Source of the DNA: Thermodesulfobacteriota bacterium
Lineage (GTDB): Bacteria; Desulfobacterota_D; UBA1144; Nemesobacterales; UBA2774
Assembly: GCA_965216785.1 (NCBI GenBank)
Contig: OZ244197.1
Location: 2,880,001 to 2,944,000 of the forward strand
DNA length: 64,000 nt
Direction: 5' to 3'
The notes beneath the pieces are model-generated. The model was not told the origin of the DNA, ran no database searches, and worked only from the letters and a program-made list of their open reading frames with translations. This document shows, piece after piece, positions 29,572 to 43,260 of the stretch (position 1 is its first letter; every line of letters begins with the position of its first letter). Made by a program: the position numbers and the translations under genes.

Positions 29572-30979
29572 GCTCAAAGAAGAGTGCGGAGTTTTCGGTA
29601 TTTACGGCCACCCCGAGGCCGGAAATCTAACTTATCTCGGCCTTCACGCACTTCAGCACAGAGGACAGGAAAGCGCCGGAATTGTGACTTCGGACGGCGT
29701 TAATCTCCATAAACATAGAGACATGGGACTCGTCTCAGATATTTTCTCTGAGGATGTGCTCGCAGGACTCACAGGAGAGAACGCCATTGGGCACGTCCGT
29801 TACTCCACGACAGGATCGAGTCAGATCAAGAACATGCAGCCGATTGTTATAAACTACGTCAGGGGAGCCCTGTCTATAGCTCATAACGGGAACCTCACTA
29901 ACGCGAAGACTCTTCATGACGAGCTCGAGGGTGAGGGAGCAATATTTCAATCCACCACGGATACTGAAGTAATAGTTCACCTGATTGCGAAATCCAAAGA
30001 AGAAAAGCTTGTACAGAGAGTCATCGAAGCCCTTTCCAGATGTAAGGGAGCTTATTCCCTTATGTTCCTAACGCCTGAAATGATGATCGCGGCGAGAGAC
30101 CCTTACGGCTTCAGACCGCTTGTAATGGGCAAGATCGGGGATTCACCGGTGTTCGCATCGGAGACATGCGCGTTTGACCTGATCGAGGCTGATTTCGTAA
30201 GAGAGATCGAGCCCGGTGAGATAGTCGTAGTTGATGATAACGGAGTGGAGTCATTTAAGCCCTTCGTTGAGCAAAAGCATGCTTACTGTGTGTTCGAATA
30301 TATCTACTTTGCACGCCCGGACAGTTTTCTTACGGGAAGAAACGTATATCAGGTGAGAAAAAACCTTGGCAGACAGCTGGCACAGGAGCATCCGGCAGAT
30401 GCTGATATTGTCGTAGCTGTCCCAGATTCTGGAGTGCCATCGGCAATGGGCTTTGCAGAAGAGGCGGGGCTGCCGCTCGAGCTGGGGCTACTCCGAAGCC
30501 ACTATATGGGGAGGACATTTATCGAGCCTCAGCAGTCGATCAGAAACTTTGGGGTTAAGCTCAAACTCAACGCTATTAGGGAAGTACTTGACGGCAAGAG
30601 AGTCGTTATAGTGGATGATTCTATCGTAAGGGGAACTACGAGCAGAAAAATTGTGAAGATGATACGCGCGGCAGGCGCAAAAGAGATTCACATGAGGATA
30701 AGCTCGCCGCCGACCAAGTTCTCGTGCTACTACGGTATAGACACCCCTGTGCGCGAAGAGCTGATAGCAAACTCACTTGATGCCGATGAGATAAGAAAGT
30801 ATATAACCTCTGACTCGCTTGGGTATTTGAGCATGGACGGCGTTATGAAAGCTGTAAACGGCTCAAAGGACGTAAACGGCAAAGAGCACTTTTGTAACGC
30901 CTGTTTTACGGGGAAATATCCGGTCGAGCTTACGGATCATAAAGCTAAGATTAATCAGCTAAAGCTCTTTGGGGAGTGA
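29564..30979 (+). CDS. purF: Amidophosphoribosyltransferase
   Basis: EECGVFG propeptide/N-terminal Cys, [19 protein letters not shown]. Start ATG 29564. Confidence 0.97.
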   Translation: MPKLKEECGVFGIYGHPEAGNLTYLGLHALQHRGQESAGIVTSDGVNLHKHRDMGLVSDIFSEDVLAGLTGENAIGHVRYSTTGSSQIKNMQPIVINYVRGALSIAHNGNLTNAKTLHDELEGEGAIFQSTTDTEVIVHLIAKSKEEKLVQRVIEALSRCKGAYSLMFLTPEMMIAARDPYGFRPLVMGKIGDSPVFASETCAFDLIEADFVREIEPGEIVVVDDNGVESFKPFVEQKHAYCVFEYIYFARPDSFLTGRNVYQVRKNLGRQLAQEHPADADIVVAVPDSGVPSAMGFAEEAGLPLELGLLRSHYMGRTFIEPQQSIRNFGVKLKLNAIREVLDGKRVVIVDDSIVRGTTSRKIVKMIRAAGAKEIHMRISSPPTKFSCYYGIDTPVREELIANSLDADEIRKYITSDSLGYLSMDGVMKAVNGSKDVNGKEHFCNACFTGKYPVELTDHKAKINQLKLFGE

Positions 30980-31011
30980 GCAGATATTTAATATTTTAGT
31001 TTCCGGCAAGA

Positions 31012-31509
31012 TCAAGGAGTTCCAAGCGTTTTCCTCGAAGTTATGCGAAATGGTTTGTAGCCCAGCCGTTCCCACACTGCCTCAGCCTCCGTATTACCGA
31101 CAATAAAGTTTAGCTCTATGTGCTCGAGTCCTCTTTCCCTGCACCATTTCTCAACAGCCAAAACCAGCGTACCTGCTACTCCTTTTTTTCTGACGTCAGG
31201 TTCTACCCAACACATAATGATCTCTCCTACCCGCTTTACAGTGGAAAAGGGAAGAAAAGGAGCGGTTTCTTTTGCAATGATTGAGCCTGCAGGAATATTA
31301 TCAATCTCTGCGATCAAGACCAAAGTAGTCGTTTCCTGAATTAAGTCCGAAACCCATGAGTCAAATCCGTGCTCATACCCTTGGACGAGGTCTAAAAAGT
31401 AAGTATCTCGGGAAGTTAGCCTAGTATGCTCAACTAGATCTTTAACTGATTTGGATAGGTAAGAAATGTCTGTAGGCAGGGCTTCTCTGATAATCATATC
31501 ATCTGGCAT
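31012..31509 (-). CDS. GNAT family N-acetyltransferase
   Basis: WVEPDVRKKGVAG (motif A), NTEAEAVWERLGY (motif B). Confidence 0.85.
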   Translation of the reverse strand: MPDDMIIREALPTDISYLSKSVKDLVEHTRLTSRDTYFLDLVQGYEHGFDSWVSDLIQETTTLVLIAEIDNIPAGSIIAKETAPFLPFSTVKRVGEIIMCWVEPDVRKKGVAGTLVLAVEKWCRERGLEHIELNFIVGNTEAEAVWERLGYKPFRITSRKTLGTP

Positions 31510-31526
31510 GATACTTATTAAAACTG

Positions 31527-34235
31527 CTAGGATATATCAATTAGCTTCTGAAGCATGTCTTCCATCTTCTTAATCTGGAAGGAAAGCTCTTCAAATTTAT
31601 CTCTTTCTTTTTGGACTACATCTTCAGGAGCCCTATCCAGAAAGTCCGAGTTTCCGAGCTTCTTTTCCGTACGATCAAGGTCCTTGCCAATCTTAGCGAT
31701 CTCTTTTTTTATCCTCTCGGATTCTTTATCCACATCTATCAGGCCTTCGACCGGGATAAACAGCTCAACACCGGGAACCACCTGAGCTACAGCTTTCTCA
31801 GGTTTTGTGCCGTCAATTATCTCAAGACCGGTTAATGAGGCGGAGTTCAAGATAAAATCTCGGTTGGATTCAATCTGTGCCCCTATCTCAGGGCTTTCTG
31901 GGATAAGAGTAACGCTTACCTTCTCAGAAGGGTGAAGCCCGATCACCGCTCTTAAGTTCCTTACACCAACAACTATTGATTTTATGAACTCAAACTCCCT
32001 GTGGGCTTCATCAAATACGGGCACGTCTTGTGAATCGGGAAATGAGCTAAGCACGATACTATCGGACTTTTCTCCGTCCGGAGTTTTTAACTCGACGCCG
32101 AACTCCCTGAGTTTATTTGTAAGCTCTTCGGTTATAAACGGCGATATCGGGTGGAGCAGCTGAAGTGAGCTTGTGAGCACCTGTACGAGAACGCTCCTGG
32201 TCTTTTGTTTCTGACTGTCGTCATCGCCGTAGAGCGCAGGCTTTACGGCTTCTATGTACCAGTCGCAGTACTCGGCCCAGAAGAATTGATATATAGCGCT
32301 TGCCGCCTTGTCGAACTCGTATCCTTCAAAGGATTCCTCTACTACTTTAATCGTGCGGTTAAGCTCTGTCAGTATCCATTTATCGTATGTGGATAGCTCA
32401 TCATCCAAGGGTGAGAAACCGGGATCATAACCGTCCAAGTTCATGATGAGAAACCTCGAAGCGTTCCAGAGCTTATTGATAAAATTCCTGTACCCCTGGA
32501 TCACGGACATAGAGAGCTTCATGTCTCTTCCCTGAGTGCAGAGCGCAGCCAGAGTGAACCTTAGCGCGTCGGCCCCGTTTTCCTCTATGACACCGAGAGG
32601 GTCTATGACATTACCCCTCGTTTTACTCATCTTAAGCCCTTTCTCGTCTCTAATAAGACCGTGAATGTATACGTCTTTAAACGGAACCTCGTCCATAAAT
32701 TTGATGCCCTGCATGATCATGCGTGCCACCCAGAAAAAGATGATGTCGTAGGCTGTTACCAGTACGTCTGTAGGGTAATACTTTTTAAGCTCGGGCGTAT
32801 CCTCGGGCCAGCCGAGAGTTGAAAAAGGCCAAAGCCCTGAAGAAAACCATGTGTCCAGCACATCTGAGTCTTGAGTAAGCTCTACGTCTTCTCCGTAGTG
32901 CTCTTTTGCCGCTTTCAGAGCCTCTTGTTCTGAAAGCGCGACAAACACTTCATTGTCGGGCCCGTACCAGGCCGGAATCTGGTGTCCCCACCAAAGCTGG
33001 CGCGAGATGCACCAGGGCTCGATATTGCGGAGCCATTCAAAGTATGTGTTCTCCCAGTATTTCGGGACAAACTTTATATCTCCCTTCTCAACTGCTTTTA
33101 TCGCCGGGGCCGCCAGCTTCTTTGCATCCACGTACCACTGATCTGTAAGCCAGGGCTCGATAACCACTCCGGAGCGGTCTCCGTAGGGCACAGTGTGGTC
33201 CGTATCCTCTATGGTTTCAAGAAGCCCAAGCGCTTCCATGTCTTCTATTATGCGCTTTCTTGCTTCGAACCTTTCCATTCCCCTGTAAGCTTCGGGTACG
33301 TTTTCGTTTAAGTGCGCGGTGGAATCGAAAATATTTATGACGTCCAGCTTATTCCTAACGCCTACTTCAAAGTCGTTGAAGTCATGCGCTGGTGTGATTT
33401 TTACAGCACCGCTACCCTTCTCCGGGTCGCTGTACTCATCTGCAACTATAGGTATTTCACGCTCCACTAAAGGCAGTACTGCAAACTTACCTACCAGGTG
33501 TTTATACCTCTCATCATCCGGATGAACCGCCACAGCGGTGTCTCCGAGCATTGTTTCGGGTCTGGTGGTGGCAACCGTGATATATTGGCCATCTGATCCT
33601 GCTACAGGGTATTTAAAATGCCATAAATGACCTTTTGATTCTCTCTGCTCCACTTCGAGGTCCGACACGGCGGTCCTGAGCTTGGGGTCCCAGTTAACGA
33701 GGCGTTTGTCCTTGTATATTAGCTTCTGCTTGTAAAGCTCTACAAAAACTTGCCTGACCGCACGGGAGAGCCCATCATCCATGGTGAAGCGCTCTTTATC
33801 CCAATCAGGCATTGCGCCGAGTCGCCTGAGCTGAGTAGTTATCCTGCCCCCGGACTCATCTTTCCACTCCCAAACTCTTTTTAAGAACTTATCTCTACCC
33901 ATCTCTACCCGAGAAGCACCGTCTTTCTCGAGCTCGCGCTCAACAACCATCTGGGTCGCGATACCCGCGTGATCCGTACCCGGCACCCAAAGGGCGTCAA
34001 ACCCTTTCATACGCTTATACCTGATTAAAATGTCCTGTATCGTGTAATCAAGTGCGTGACCAATGTGGAGCGAGCCAGTCACGTTGGGAGGGGGTATGAC
34101 TATAGTGTAAGGAGTTTTGTCAGACTCTGTAGAGGCCTTGTAATAACCCTTTTCCATCCATTCCTCATACCACCTTTCTTCAACCTTCTTGGGGTTATAG
34201 GCCTTGTCCATGTCGGTTTTAATTTCGGAACTCAT
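31527..34235 (-). CDS. valS: Valine--tRNA ligase
   Basis: PPPNVTGSLHIGH, WCISRQLWWGH, KMSKT, C-terminal coiled coil. Confidence 0.98.
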   Translation of the reverse strand: MSSEIKTDMDKAYNPKKVEERWYEEWMEKGYYKASTESDKTPYTIVIPPPNVTGSLHIGHALDYTIQDILIRYKRMKGFDALWVPGTDHAGIATQMVVERELEKDGASRVEMGRDKFLKRVWEWKDESGGRITTQLRRLGAMPDWDKERFTMDDGLSRAVRQVFVELYKQKLIYKDKRLVNWDPKLRTAVSDLEVEQRESKGHLWHFKYPVAGSDGQYITVATTRPETMLGDTAVAVHPDDERYKHLVGKFAVLPLVEREIPIVADEYSDPEKGSGAVKITPAHDFNDFEVGVRNKLDVINIFDSTAHLNENVPEAYRGMERFEARKRIIEDMEALGLLETIEDTDHTVPYGDRSGVVIEPWLTDQWYVDAKKLAAPAIKAVEKGDIKFVPKYWENTYFEWLRNIEPWCISRQLWWGHQIPAWYGPDNEVFVALSEQEALKAAKEHYGEDVELTQDSDVLDTWFSSGLWPFSTLGWPEDTPELKKYYPTDVLVTAYDIIFFWVARMIMQGIKFMDEVPFKDVYIHGLIRDEKGLKMSKTRGNVIDPLGVIEENGADALRFTLAALCTQGRDMKLSMSVIQGYRNFINKLWNASRFLIMNLDGYDPGFSPLDDELSTYDKWILTELNRTIKVVEESFEGYEFDKAASAIYQFFWAEYCDWYIEAVKPALYGDDDSQKQKTRSVLVQVLTSSLQLLHPISPFITEELTNKLREFGVELKTPDGEKSDSIVLSSFPDSQDVPVFDEAHREFEFIKSIVVGVRNLRAVIGLHPSEKVSVTLIPESPEIGAQIESNRDFILNSASLTGLEIIDGTKPEKAVAQVVPGVELFIPVEGLIDVDKESERIKKEIAKIGKDLDRTEKKLGNSDFLDRAPEDVVQKERDKFEELSFQIKKMEDMLQKLIDIS

Positions 34236-34267
34236 GTCTGGATATGAGGTGCAGTGCTGAAAGTAAT

Positions 34268-34301
34268 GGGATTAGAACCCTAACACTATGGCTCTAATCC
34301 C
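34268..34301. terminator. Stem-loop between rpoC and valS (probable terminator)
   Basis: GGGATTAGAACC...GGCTCTAATCCC inverted repeat just after the rpoC stop. Confidence 0.55.
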
Positions 34302-34312
34302 GTGATTTTTTG

Positions 34313-37300
34313 TTATTCTTCATCCGCTGCAGCCGCGGTAGGAACAGGTACTTCAAGAACGGGCACTTCAACGTCGATGTTCCTGTATATCGGAAGCCCC
34401 GTACCCGCTGGTATCAGTCTGCCCATGATAACATTTTCCTTGAGTCCCCTGAGATTATCCGCTTTACCTTCGCATGCGGCCTCTGTCAGTACTCTGGTCG
34501 TTTCCTGGAATGACGCCGCTGAAAGCCAGCTGTCCGTGCTAAGAGAAGCTCTCGTTATACCTAAGAGAAGCGGCTCTGCTGATGCAGGTCTTCCGCCCTG
34601 AGCGAGAATCCTTTCATTCTCTTCAAAGAAGATATGCTTTTCAACAGCTTCTCCGACTAGAAGAATGGTATCCCCTGGGTCTTTAATCCTGACACGCTTG
34701 AGCATCTGCCTTACGATTGCCTCTATGTGTTTATCATTTATTTTTACGCCCTGTAACCTGTATACCTCCTGGATTTCATCAACCAGGTAACGGGTTAGCG
34801 CCCTTTCTCCCCTGATGCTTAGGATGTCATGGGGGTTAATGGAGCCGTCAACAAGCTGGTCGCCCGAGCTTACCTGCTCGCCCTCTCTTACGAGTACGTG
34901 CTTACCTCTTGGCGCTAGGTATTCTTTGGGCTCGCCGATCTCAGGGGTAACAACCACTCTCCTCTTCCCTTTAAGGTCTTTCCCGTAGCTTACAATACCG
35001 TCGATTTCCGTCACGACCGCTGGGTCTTTGGGCAACCTTGCCTCAAAGAGCTCCGCCACCCTGGGTAGTCCGCCCGTGATGTCCTTGGTCTTAGCCGTGG
35101 CTCTTGCAATTTTAGCTACAATATCTCCTGCGTTTACTGTGTCGCCTTCGTTCTTTTCGATAATTGCTCCGATCGGAAGAGAATACTGAATGTTCTTTCC
35201 GTCATTTGTTTTTATGACGATTCCGGGGTGCATTTCAAGGTTCTTAGTCTCTATAACTACTTTTTTATAAATACCGGTTACTTCGTCTACCTGCTCTTTA
35301 AGAGTGACTCCCTGCTCTAGATCTACGAAACCGATAGCGCCGTCAAATTCCGCGATGAACGGAGTTGTGTAAGGGTCCCATTCAGCCATCATTTGACCTT
35401 CTTTTACCTTATCACCCTCGGCAATCTTTAGCTTGGCGCCTAAAGCAAGTGGGTACCTTTCTCTTTCATATCCTTTATCATCTACAATAATCAGAGTTCC
35501 GGTACGGTTACTCACAATTTCGCCATCCTTACTGGACACCGTTTTTACGTTATGGAACTGAACAATGCCCTGATGAGAGCTCTCAAGAGTACTCTCGGCA
35601 GCTCTCTGTGAAGCCGCACCACCAATGTGGAAGGTTCTCATGGTAAGCTGGGTTCCGGGCTCTCCGATAGACTGAGCCGCAATGATTCCCACTGCCTCAC
35701 CGATGTTTACGAGCTTACCTGTGGCCAGGTTTCTACCGTAACAAAGCACGCAGACGCCGATCCTGGTCTCGCAGGTAAGAACAGAGCGGATTCTGATTTC
35801 CGTAATACCACCCGCTTCGTCAATTTTTGAAGCCGCCAGCTCATCAATCTCTTCATTCGTCCTTACAATTACATCTCCGCTCACTGGATCAATGATGTCA
35901 TCAAGCGTCACTCTGCCTAATACCCTCTCACCTACCCTTTCTATGATTTCTCCACCCTCAACCAGGTCGCTGACCGTGATCCCCTCTGTGGTGCCGCAGT
36001 CATACTCTTTTATCATGACATCCTGAGCAACGTCGATAAGTCTTCTTGTTAGGTAACCTGCGTTTGCGGTTTTAAGCGCCGTATCTGCCAAACCTTTTCT
36101 TGCTCCGTGAGTCGAAATAAAGTACTGAAGTACCGTAAGACCCTCACGGAAGTTTGATGTGATCGGGGTCTCAATGATCTCACCAGAAGGTTTGGCCATT
36201 AGTCCCCTCATACCGGCAAGCTGACGAACCTGGGTCTGGCTTCCCCTGGCGCCTGAATCGATCATCATATATATTGGATTTGAGCTGGTTCCTTTCTTGG
36301 TTTCACCCTCAGGGTCAATCATCTCTTCAAAAGAAATGTCTTTCATCATCTGCTGTGCTACATCGTCACTTGTTCTAGCCCAGATATCGATCACTTTGTT
36401 GTACCTTTCACCATCTGTAATTAGACCCTGGGAGTACTGGTTTTGCACCTTGACGACTTCATCCTGTGCTTTTTCCAGAAGATCCTTCTTCTTCTCAGGG
36501 ATACTCATGTCGTCGATCGAGATTGAGATTCCCGCTCTTGTTGAGTATTTAAATCCTAAGGTCCTCATGCGGTCTGCTAGAAGTACTGTGCTTTTGCCGC
36601 CGGCTACCCTGAAGCAGTTGTCTACAAGCTCTTCTATAGCCCTCTTTGTCATAACCCTGTTAACCAGGTCAAACGGTATATTTTTAGGCATTATCTCATA
36701 TAGGAACACTCTGCCTGGCGTGGTTTCATACATTTTTTCGTTGATACGTACTTTGATTTTGGCGTGTATGCCGATCTCGCCCGAATCATAAGCCATCTGA
36801 ACTTCATCCATGCTCGAGAATATCTTACCGTCGCCTTTCTCTACGGCCATGTCACGTGTCATGTAGTAGATTCCAAGCACAATATCCTGCGTCGGAAGGA
36901 TGATGGGTTTACCATGAGCAGGCGAAAGAATATTGTTAGTAGACATAACGAGCGCCCTGCACTCTGTCTGTGCCTCTATAGAGAGAGGAACATGAACAGC
37001 CATCTGGTCACCGTCAAAGTCCGCATTGTAAGCCGGGCAAACGAGCGGGTGAATTTGTATGGCCTTATCTTCAATTAATATAGGCTCAAAAGCTTGAATG
37101 CTGAGCCTGTGGAGTGTCGGAGCTCTGTTTAACAGAACCGGGTGCTCTTTGATTACCTCATCCAGTGCGTCCCAAACAATAGGGGCTTCCTGCTCTACCA
37201 GCTTCTTGGCTATCTTTATAGTCGCTGCAGCTCCCCAAAGCTCTAATTTTTGATATATGAACGGTCTGAAAAGCTCAAGACCCATCTGTTTTGGTATTCC

Positions 37301-38395
37301 GCACTGATGGAGCTTAAGCTCGGGGCCTACCGTAATAACGGAACGACCCGAGTAGTCGACCCTTTTACCAAGGAGATTCTGCCTGAACCTTCCCTGTTTA
37401 CCTTTTATTATATCGCTCAGACTCTTAAGAGGTCTGTGGTTATGACCGAGCACGGGTCTTCCCCTCCGGCCGTTTTCCAAAAGCGCGTCAACAGATTCCT
37501 GGAGCATACGTTTTTCGTTCCTTACGATAATATCAGGCGCTCCAAGCTCTAGTAGTTTTTTAAGACGATTATTTCTGTTTATTACACGGCGGTAAAGATC
37601 ATTTAAATCTGAGGTAGCAAAACGGCCTCCGTCCAGAGGAACAAGCGGCCTAAGATCTGGAGGTAGAACGGGGATCCTGGTAAGTATCATCCACTCGGGA
37701 CGATTCTTTGATTTTCTGAACGCTTCACCTATTCTGAGCCTCTTGGCTATTCTTGCTCTTTTGATGGGAGAGGTAGTGTTTTTCATCTCGTGGCGCAACT
37801 GCTCTGAGAGCTCTACGAGATCGATCTTCTTGAGCATTTCCCTTATAGTCTCGGCGCCCATACCAACTTTGAAGCTGTGTCCGTACTCCTCAACAGCCTT
37901 TCTATATCTATCCTCGCTCAGAACCTCAGCGAATTTAAGATCAGTGCCTCCCGGATCCAGCACCACGTATGATTCATAGTAAAGCACTTTTTCCAAGTCC
38001 TTAAGAGTCATATCGAGAAGCATACCGATCCTTGAAGGGATGCTTCTTAGGAACCAGATGTGCGCTACCGGAGATGAAAGCTCTATATGGGCCATTCTGT
38101 CGCGTCTGACTTTTGAAGATATTACTTCGACGCCGCACTTCTCACATGTAATTCCCCTGTGCTTTAGTCTCTTATATTTTCCGCAGGTACATTCGTAATC
38201 CTTTACCGGCCCGAATATCTTGGCGCAAAAAAGCCCGCTCCTTTCGGGTTTGAATGTCCTGTAGTTGATCGTTTCCGGCTTTCTTACTTCTCCGTGAGAC
38301 CAGTCTTTAATCTTCTCAGGCGAAGCAATCGATATTTTTACTGCCGAATACTCAGACGGATTTTTTGGCTTTTCAAATAAAGTATCTACGTCCAC
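34313..38395 (-). CDS. rpoC: RNA polymerase beta' subunit
   Basis: [29 protein letters not shown] 38395 with GAGGGAG SD preferred over TTG 38413. Confidence 0.98.
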   Translation of the reverse strand: MDVDTLFEKPKNPSEYSAVKISIASPEKIKDWSHGEVRKPETINYRTFKPERSGLFCAKIFGPVKDYECTCGKYKRLKHRGITCEKCGVEVISSKVRRDRMAHIELSSPVAHIWFLRSIPSRIGMLLDMTLKDLEKVLYYESYVVLDPGGTDLKFAEVLSEDRYRKAVEEYGHSFKVGMGAETIREMLKKIDLVELSEQLRHEMKNTTSPIKRARIAKRLRIGEAFRKSKNRPEWMILTRIPVLPPDLRPLVPLDGGRFATSDLNDLYRRVINRNNRLKKLLELGAPDIIVRNEKRMLQESVDALLENGRRGRPVLGHNHRPLKSLSDIIKGKQGRFRQNLLGKRVDYSGRSVITVGPELKLHQCGIPKQMGLELFRPFIYQKLELWGAAATIKIAKKLVEQEAPIVWDALDEVIKEHPVLLNRAPTLHRLSIQAFEPILIEDKAIQIHPLVCPAYNADFDGDQMAVHVPLSIEAQTECRALVMSTNNILSPAHGKPIILPTQDIVLGIYYMTRDMAVEKGDGKIFSSMDEVQMAYDSGEIGIHAKIKVRINEKMYETTPGRVFLYEIMPKNIPFDLVNRVMTKRAIEELVDNCFRVAGGKSTVLLADRMRTLGFKYSTRAGISISIDDMSIPEKKKDLLEKAQDEVVKVQNQYSQGLITDGERYNKVIDIWARTSDDVAQQMMKDISFEEMIDPEGETKKGTSSNPIYMMIDSGARGSQTQVRQLAGMRGLMAKPSGEIIETPITSNFREGLTVLQYFISTHGARKGLADTALKTANAGYLTRRLIDVAQDVMIKEYDCGTTEGITVSDLVEGGEIIERVGERVLGRVTLDDIIDPVSGDVIVRTNEEIDELAASKIDEAGGITEIRIRSVLTCETRIGVCVLCYGRNLATGKLVNIGEAVGIIAAQSIGEPGTQLTMRTFHIGGAASQRAAESTLESSHQGIVQFHNVKTVSSKDGEIVSNRTGTLIIVDDKGYERERYPLALGAKLKIAEGDKVKEGQMMAEWDPYTTPFIAEFDGAIGFVDLEQGVTLKEQVDEVTGIYKKVVIETKNLEMHPGIVIKTNDGKNIQYSLPIGAIIEKNEGDTVNAGDIVAKIARATAKTKDITGGLPRVAELFEARLPKDPAVVTEIDGIVSYGKDLKGKRRVVVTPEIGEPKEYLAPRGKHVLVREGEQVSSGDQLVDGSINPHDILSIRGERALTRYLVDEIQEVYRLQGVKINDKHIEAIVRQMLKRVRIKDPGDTILLVGEAVEKHIFFEENERILAQGGRPASAEPLLLGITRASLSTDSWLSAASFQETTRVLTEAACEGKADNLRGLKENVIMGRLIPAGTGLPIYRNIDVEVPVLEVPVPTAAAADEE

Positions 38396-38422
38396 TTTTT
38401 CTCTCCCTCGCAAACTAGATTT

Positions 38423-41400
38423 TTAATCCGTTTCAACTTCCTCTTCTTCAAGAAGATCAATGTCCAGCGATAGCGCCTGGAGCTCTTTTTGAAGAACCTT
38501 AAAGGATTCGGGAAGCCCGGGCTCAAAATTCATATCGCCCTTTACGATCGAATCAAATATTCTCGTTCTTCCTATAACATCATCGGATTTTACAGTTAAA
38601 AATTCCTGCAGCGTATATGACGCACCGTATGCCTCAAGAGCCCATACCTCCATCTCTCCAAGCCTCTGGCCTCCGAAATGGGCTTTACCACCGAGAGGCT
38701 GCTGAGTCACGAGCGAATACGGCCCTATTGCTCTAGCGTGAATCTTTTCCTCAACGAGGTGGTGAAGCTTGAGCATGTACATAACACCAACAGTAACTTT
38801 CTGGTCAAATGGCTCGCCCGTCTCACCGTTAAACAAAATGGTTTTACCGTCTTCAGGCAGGCCCGTTTCCCTGAGCAATTCCTTTATCTCCGCCTCAGAA
38901 GCTCCGTCAAACACAGGAGACTTGACCGGGATACCGCTTCCGAGCCTTCTGGCAATGTCCAAAACCTCGTCATCGTCCAGATTGTCTATAAGCTTCTTTG
39001 GCGTAGCTTCTTTATATATAGCTTTTAGCTTATCCTTCAGCGCCTTGGGGCTAAACTCTCTTTCAATAAATTCATTTATTTGATTCCCAAGCTCTTTTGA
39101 AGCCCAACCCAGGTGTGTTTCGAGCACCTGACCTACATTCATTCGGGAAGGTACGCCGAGAGGATTCAGTATCATGTCTACAGGGCTTCCGTTTGGCAGA
39201 TAGGGCATATCCTCTTCTGAGAGAATCTTGGAAATAACACCTTTGTTCCCGTGGCGCCCCGCCATTTTGTCGCCTACCTGGAGCTTACGTTTAACAGCTA
39301 TGTTGACCTTAACCACCTTCAGCACTCCGGGCGGCAGCTCATCTGGTTTTGTGAGCTTGGATATTCTCTGATCGTAAACAACATTTGTTAAATCAATCTG
39401 TTCAAGCGTCCTCTCAATAAGACGCTTTATCTCGGCCTCTATCGCATCGCCCTTCTCTACACTCAGATCGGCGAACTTCTCAAAAGGCACAGTCTTAAGA
39501 ACTTCTTCAACGATTTTATCACCCTTTTTAAACACGGTTTTTCTGGAAACTGTGAGTTTCGCAGAAGCAGTCTTGTTTAACACTAGGGATTTAATACGCT
39601 CATAGGCGTCATCTTTCAGTATTTTTATTTCATCTTCCAGGTCCTGCTTGAGACGGGTTACTTCGAAGTCTTCGATGCTCTTTGCCCGCTCGTCCTTATC
39701 TACGACACGGGAGATAAGCATCTTTACGTCTATAACAGTGCCGTACACTCCGGGGGATGCCCTGAGCGAGGTGTCCTTTACGTCACCTGCTTTATCTCCG
39801 AATATAGCTCTTAGAAGCCTCTCTTCAGGGGACAGCTGCGTCTCGCCCTTGGGGGAGATCTTACCCACCAGGATGTCGCCCGATTTAACCTCGGCGCCTA
39901 CTCTAATTATACCGCTCTCGTCAAGGTTCCTGAGTGCGTCTTCGCTGACGTTTGGTATGTCTCGCGTAATTTCTTCACGTCCAAGCTTGGTCTCACGCGC
40001 AATACATTCAACTTCTTCTATATGTATGGATGTAAACCTGTCTTCTTTTACGAGCCTTTCGCTCATCAATATCGCATCTTCAAAGTTGTATCCGCCCCAG
40101 GGCATAAACGCCACAAGAACGTTCTGTCCGAGCGCAAGCTCGCCGAAATCGGTTGATGGTCCGTCCGCAATCACCTGACCCGAGCTGATCGGCTGTCCCT
40201 TAGATACGATTGGTTTCTGGTTCCAGCAGGTACTCTGATTGGATTTTTGAAATTTAAGCAGATTGTACATATCTACGCCCGCTTCTGTACCGCTTCCGTT
40301 TTCATTTGAGCTTACGACGATCCTCGAGGAATCAACGTATTCGATTACTCCGTCACGCTTCGCAATTACCGCAACCCCGGAGTCCTTGGCAACAGTGCTC
40401 TCAAGCCCTGTACCCACCAGAGGTGAGCTTGTGCGGATCAGCGGTACGGCCTGGCGTTGCATGTTAGAACCCATAAGCGCACGGTTCGCGTCGTCATGCT
40501 CTAAAAACGGAATGAGCGATGCCGACACAGATACGAGCTGAGCCGGGGATACGTCCATGAGGTCGAGCTTTTCGCGCTCTACCATCATAAACTCCCCTTC
40601 GTGTCTTGCCGAGACGAATTCTGAAGTGAAATTGTTTTTGTCGTCCAGAGGAGCGTTTGCCTGAGCAATAATATACTTCTCTTCGGCAAGCGCATTAAGC
40701 AGTACTATTTCATCTGTGACTCTAGCGTTTTTAACTACCCTGTAAGGGGTTTGAATAAATCCGAAATCATTGATCTTCCCAAAGGTGCTAAGGCTTGAAA
40801 TAAGACCGATGTTGGGACCTTCAGGGGTTTCGATCGGGCAGATTCTGCCGTAATGGGAAGAGTGAACGTCCCTTACTTCAAATCCGGCTCTCTCTCTTGT
40901 AAGACCACCGGGTCCAAGCGCGCTGAGTCTTCTCTTGTGCGTAATCTCAGAGAGCGGGTTTGTTTGATCCATAAACTGTGAAAGCTGTCCGGTAGCGAAA
41001 AACTCCTTAACTACGGCAATAACGGTTTTCGGTATTAAAAGCTCGCTCGGCATCAGGTTCTCAACAGCCTGATAACCCATTTTCTCCTTTACGGAGCGGG
41101 CGAGCCTTTCAAGTCCATGGTAAAAGCGGTCTTCTATGAGCTCACCTACCGTACGCACCCTTCTGTTACCCAGGTGGTCGATATCATCGGTGCTTCCCCT
41201 ACCGCCCCTTAAACCCAGGAGATAGCCCACTGTACCCGTGATATCTTCTTTTGTGAGTGTGTTTACTTCTTCTGAAATATCGTGATTGAGCTTGTAATTG
41301 ATCTTAAGACGCCCTACCTGAGAAAGTCTGTAGGTATCCGGGTTAAAAAACATGTTTTCGAAAAACGTTTCAGCCACACTTAACGTAGGAGGATCAGTCG

Positions 41401-42535
41401 GTCGGAATTTTTTGTAAATCTCCGTTATCGCCTCTTCCCGAGTGTTGACTTTATCGGCTAAAACAGTGCTTCTGAGAGACATTACGACGGATACGTTATC
41501 TATGTAAAAAGTTTTAAACTCCGTCACATCGCTCTTTAGGATTTCTTCTAGCTTATCTTCTGAAATAATTTCGTTAAAACCTACAATCACCTCTCCAGAA
41601 GAGGGATCCACAATATCGTCAGCCGCATATCTATCGATAAGCTCAGAGGGATCTATATCGATTCTTTCAAGTTTAGCCTGTTTTATTCTTTCAATAGTAT
41701 TTCTTACAAATCTTCTGCCCTTTTTGACTACGACATCACCTGTCTTTGGATCTTTTATGTCGGCAGTTGATTTTTGATAGGAAAGCACATCAAAGTTCAC
41801 ATCCTTTTGCACATTCTTTCCGTCTATATATACAGCTTCAACAGGATAGAAATAGGACATGATTTGCTTGTCATCATACCCAAGCGCTTTTAGAAGCACG
41901 GTGACAAGGAACTTTTTCTTTCTATCTATCCTCACATGAAGAAGGTCCTTAGAGTCAAATTCAAAATCGATCCACCTGCCGTCATGCGGGACAATCCTGG
42001 CGGAAAAAGAGCTTCTTCCCGCGCTGTTATCTTTATTTTTCACATGGTCAAAGAAAACTCCAGGCGAGCGGTGGAGCTGATTTACTATCACTCTCTCTGT
42101 GCCGTTTACAATAAAGGAGCCATTCGGAGTCATTAGAGGTATCTCCCCGAAATACACTTCCTGCTCTTTTACGTCTCTGATGGTCCGCTCATCACCTGAC
42201 TCCGTGTCCCATATTACAAGCCTGAAAGTAACGTACAGAGGCGCTACATACGTATAGCCTTTAAGCCTGCACTCGACAGCTTCGTACTTTGGCTTGTCTA
42301 AACGATAGCTTATGTACTCAAGTGACGCTTTCTCATTGTAATCTTCAATTGGGAATACGGTTTTAAATGCGTTATGGAGACCTACGTCCTGTCTCTCTTC
42401 TATAGCCGCATCGCTCTGAAGGAAGTCAAAGTAAGACTTGACCTGTACTTCGAGTAGATGAGGTATATCGAGAATAGATGGTAATTTAGAAAAACTCTTC
42501 CTCAGTTTATAAGATTCTAGACCGTCTAGGCTCAA
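38423..42535 (-). CDS. rpoB: RNA polymerase beta subunit
   Basis: [50 protein letters not shown]. Confidence 0.98.
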   Translation of the reverse strand: MSLDGLESYKLRKSFSKLPSILDIPHLLEVQVKSYFDFLQSDAAIEERQDVGLHNAFKTVFPIEDYNEKASLEYISYRLDKPKYEAVECRLKGYTYVAPLYVTFRLVIWDTESGDERTIRDVKEQEVYFGEIPLMTPNGSFIVNGTERVIVNQLHRSPGVFFDHVKNKDNSAGRSSFSARIVPHDGRWIDFEFDSKDLLHVRIDRKKKFLVTVLLKALGYDDKQIMSYFYPVEAVYIDGKNVQKDVNFDVLSYQKSTADIKDPKTGDVVVKKGRRFVRNTIERIKQAKLERIDIDPSELIDRYAADDIVDPSSGEVIVGFNEIISEDKLEEILKSDVTEFKTFYIDNVSVVMSLRSTVLADKVNTREEAITEIYKKFRPTDPPTLSVAETFFENMFFNPDTYRLSQVGRLKINYKLNHDISEEVNTLTKEDITGTVGYLLGLRGGRGSTDDIDHLGNRRVRTVGELIEDRFYHGLERLARSVKEKMGYQAVENLMPSELLIPKTVIAVVKEFFATGQLSQFMDQTNPLSEITHKRRLSALGPGGLTRERAGFEVRDVHSSHYGRICPIETPEGPNIGLISSLSTFGKINDFGFIQTPYRVVKNARVTDEIVLLNALAEEKYIIAQANAPLDDKNNFTSEFVSARHEGEFMMVEREKLDLMDVSPAQLVSVSASLIPFLEHDDANRALMGSNMQRQAVPLIRTSSPLVGTGLESTVAKDSGVAVIAKRDGVIEYVDSSRIVVSSNENGSGTEAGVDMYNLLKFQKSNQSTCWNQKPIVSKGQPISSGQVIADGPSTDFGELALGQNVLVAFMPWGGYNFEDAILMSERLVKEDRFTSIHIEEVECIARETKLGREEITRDIPNVSEDALRNLDESGIIRVGAEVKSGDILVGKISPKGETQLSPEERLLRAIFGDKAGDVKDTSLRASPGVYGTVIDVKMLISRVVDKDERAKSIEDFEVTRLKQDLEDEIKILKDDAYERIKSLVLNKTASAKLTVSRKTVFKKGDKIVEEVLKTVPFEKFADLSVEKGDAIEAEIKRLIERTLEQIDLTNVVYDQRISKLTKPDELPPGVLKVVKVNIAVKRKLQVGDKMAGRHGNKGVISKILSEEDMPYLPNGSPVDMILNPLGVPSRMNVGQVLETHLGWASKELGNQINEFIEREFSPKALKDKLKAIYKEATPKKLIDNLDDDEVLDIARRLGSGIPVKSPVFDGASEAEIKELLRETGLPEDGKTILFNGETGEPFDQKVTVGVMYMLKLHHLVEEKIHARAIGPYSLVTQQPLGGKAHFGGQRLGEMEVWALEAYGASYTLQEFLTVKSDDVIGRTRIFDSIVKGDMNFEPGLPESFKVLQKELQALSLDIDLLEEEEVETD

Positions 42536-42616
42536 CTTAAGTTACCCCCGTATTTTGTTTTTCTATTTTCCAGTCAAATAATTTCATGCTGAAATTCTTT
42601 ACAATAATACGCAGAA

Positions 42617-42640
42617 CGCACCCCTTAAAATATGGGTGCG
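42617..42640 (-). terminator. Hairpin in the rplL-rpoB spacer (possible attenuator)
   Basis: CGCACCC-N10-GGGTGCG followed by TTCTGCGTATTATT; weak U-tract. Confidence 0.4.
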
Positions 42641-42794
42641 CACAACTCAAAAATTATTTTTTAAGCAGTTTTGAGAAAAGATACATTTACACCTTATGGC
42701 GCAATATCAGTGACCCCGGCGTCAGCGGACCCCGCAATATAAAACAACCGCGGTTCTAAATGATCCGGCAACCTGGGTCAACTATGTAAGAGGT

Positions 42795-43190
42795 CTACTT
42801 AACCTCTACTTCTGCGCCAGCTTCTTCAAGCTTTGCCTTTATGCTGTCAGCCTCTTCCTTGTCAATACCTTCTTTTATGGGCTTGGGTGCTCCTTCAACA
42901 AGCTCCTTTGCTTCCTTAAGCCCTAAGGATGTGACCTCTCTAACAGCTTTAATAACCTGTATCTTGTTGCTGCCGAAAGCCTTTAAAACAACGCTGACTT
43001 CCGAACTGTCGCCTGCATCCGCAGCAGCATCACCGCCTGCCCCGGCTCCGGGCGCGGCAGCTACAACCGCCTGAGGCGCAGCAGCTTTAACATCGAATTT
43101 ATCTTCGATCTCTTTTATCAGCTCTGAGATTTCAAGCATGCTAGCCTTCTCAAGATATGTTAATACATCAGTTCTTGTAACTTCGGGCAT
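42795..43190 (-). CDS. rplL: 50S ribosomal protein L7/L12
   Basis: Ala/Gly hinge, [21 protein letters not shown]. Confidence 0.98.
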   Translation of the reverse strand: MPEVTRTDVLTYLEKASMLEISELIKEIEDKFDVKAAAPQAVVAAAPGAGAGGDAAADAGDSSEVSVVLKAFGSNKIQVIKAVREVTSLGLKEAKELVEGAPKPIKEGIDKEEADSIKAKLEEAGAEVEVK

Positions 43191-43260
43191 TTTATAAAAA
43201 CCTCCTTAACCTATATGAATCAATAATTTTATCTAAATCCTTACTATTTATTGTTTATCT

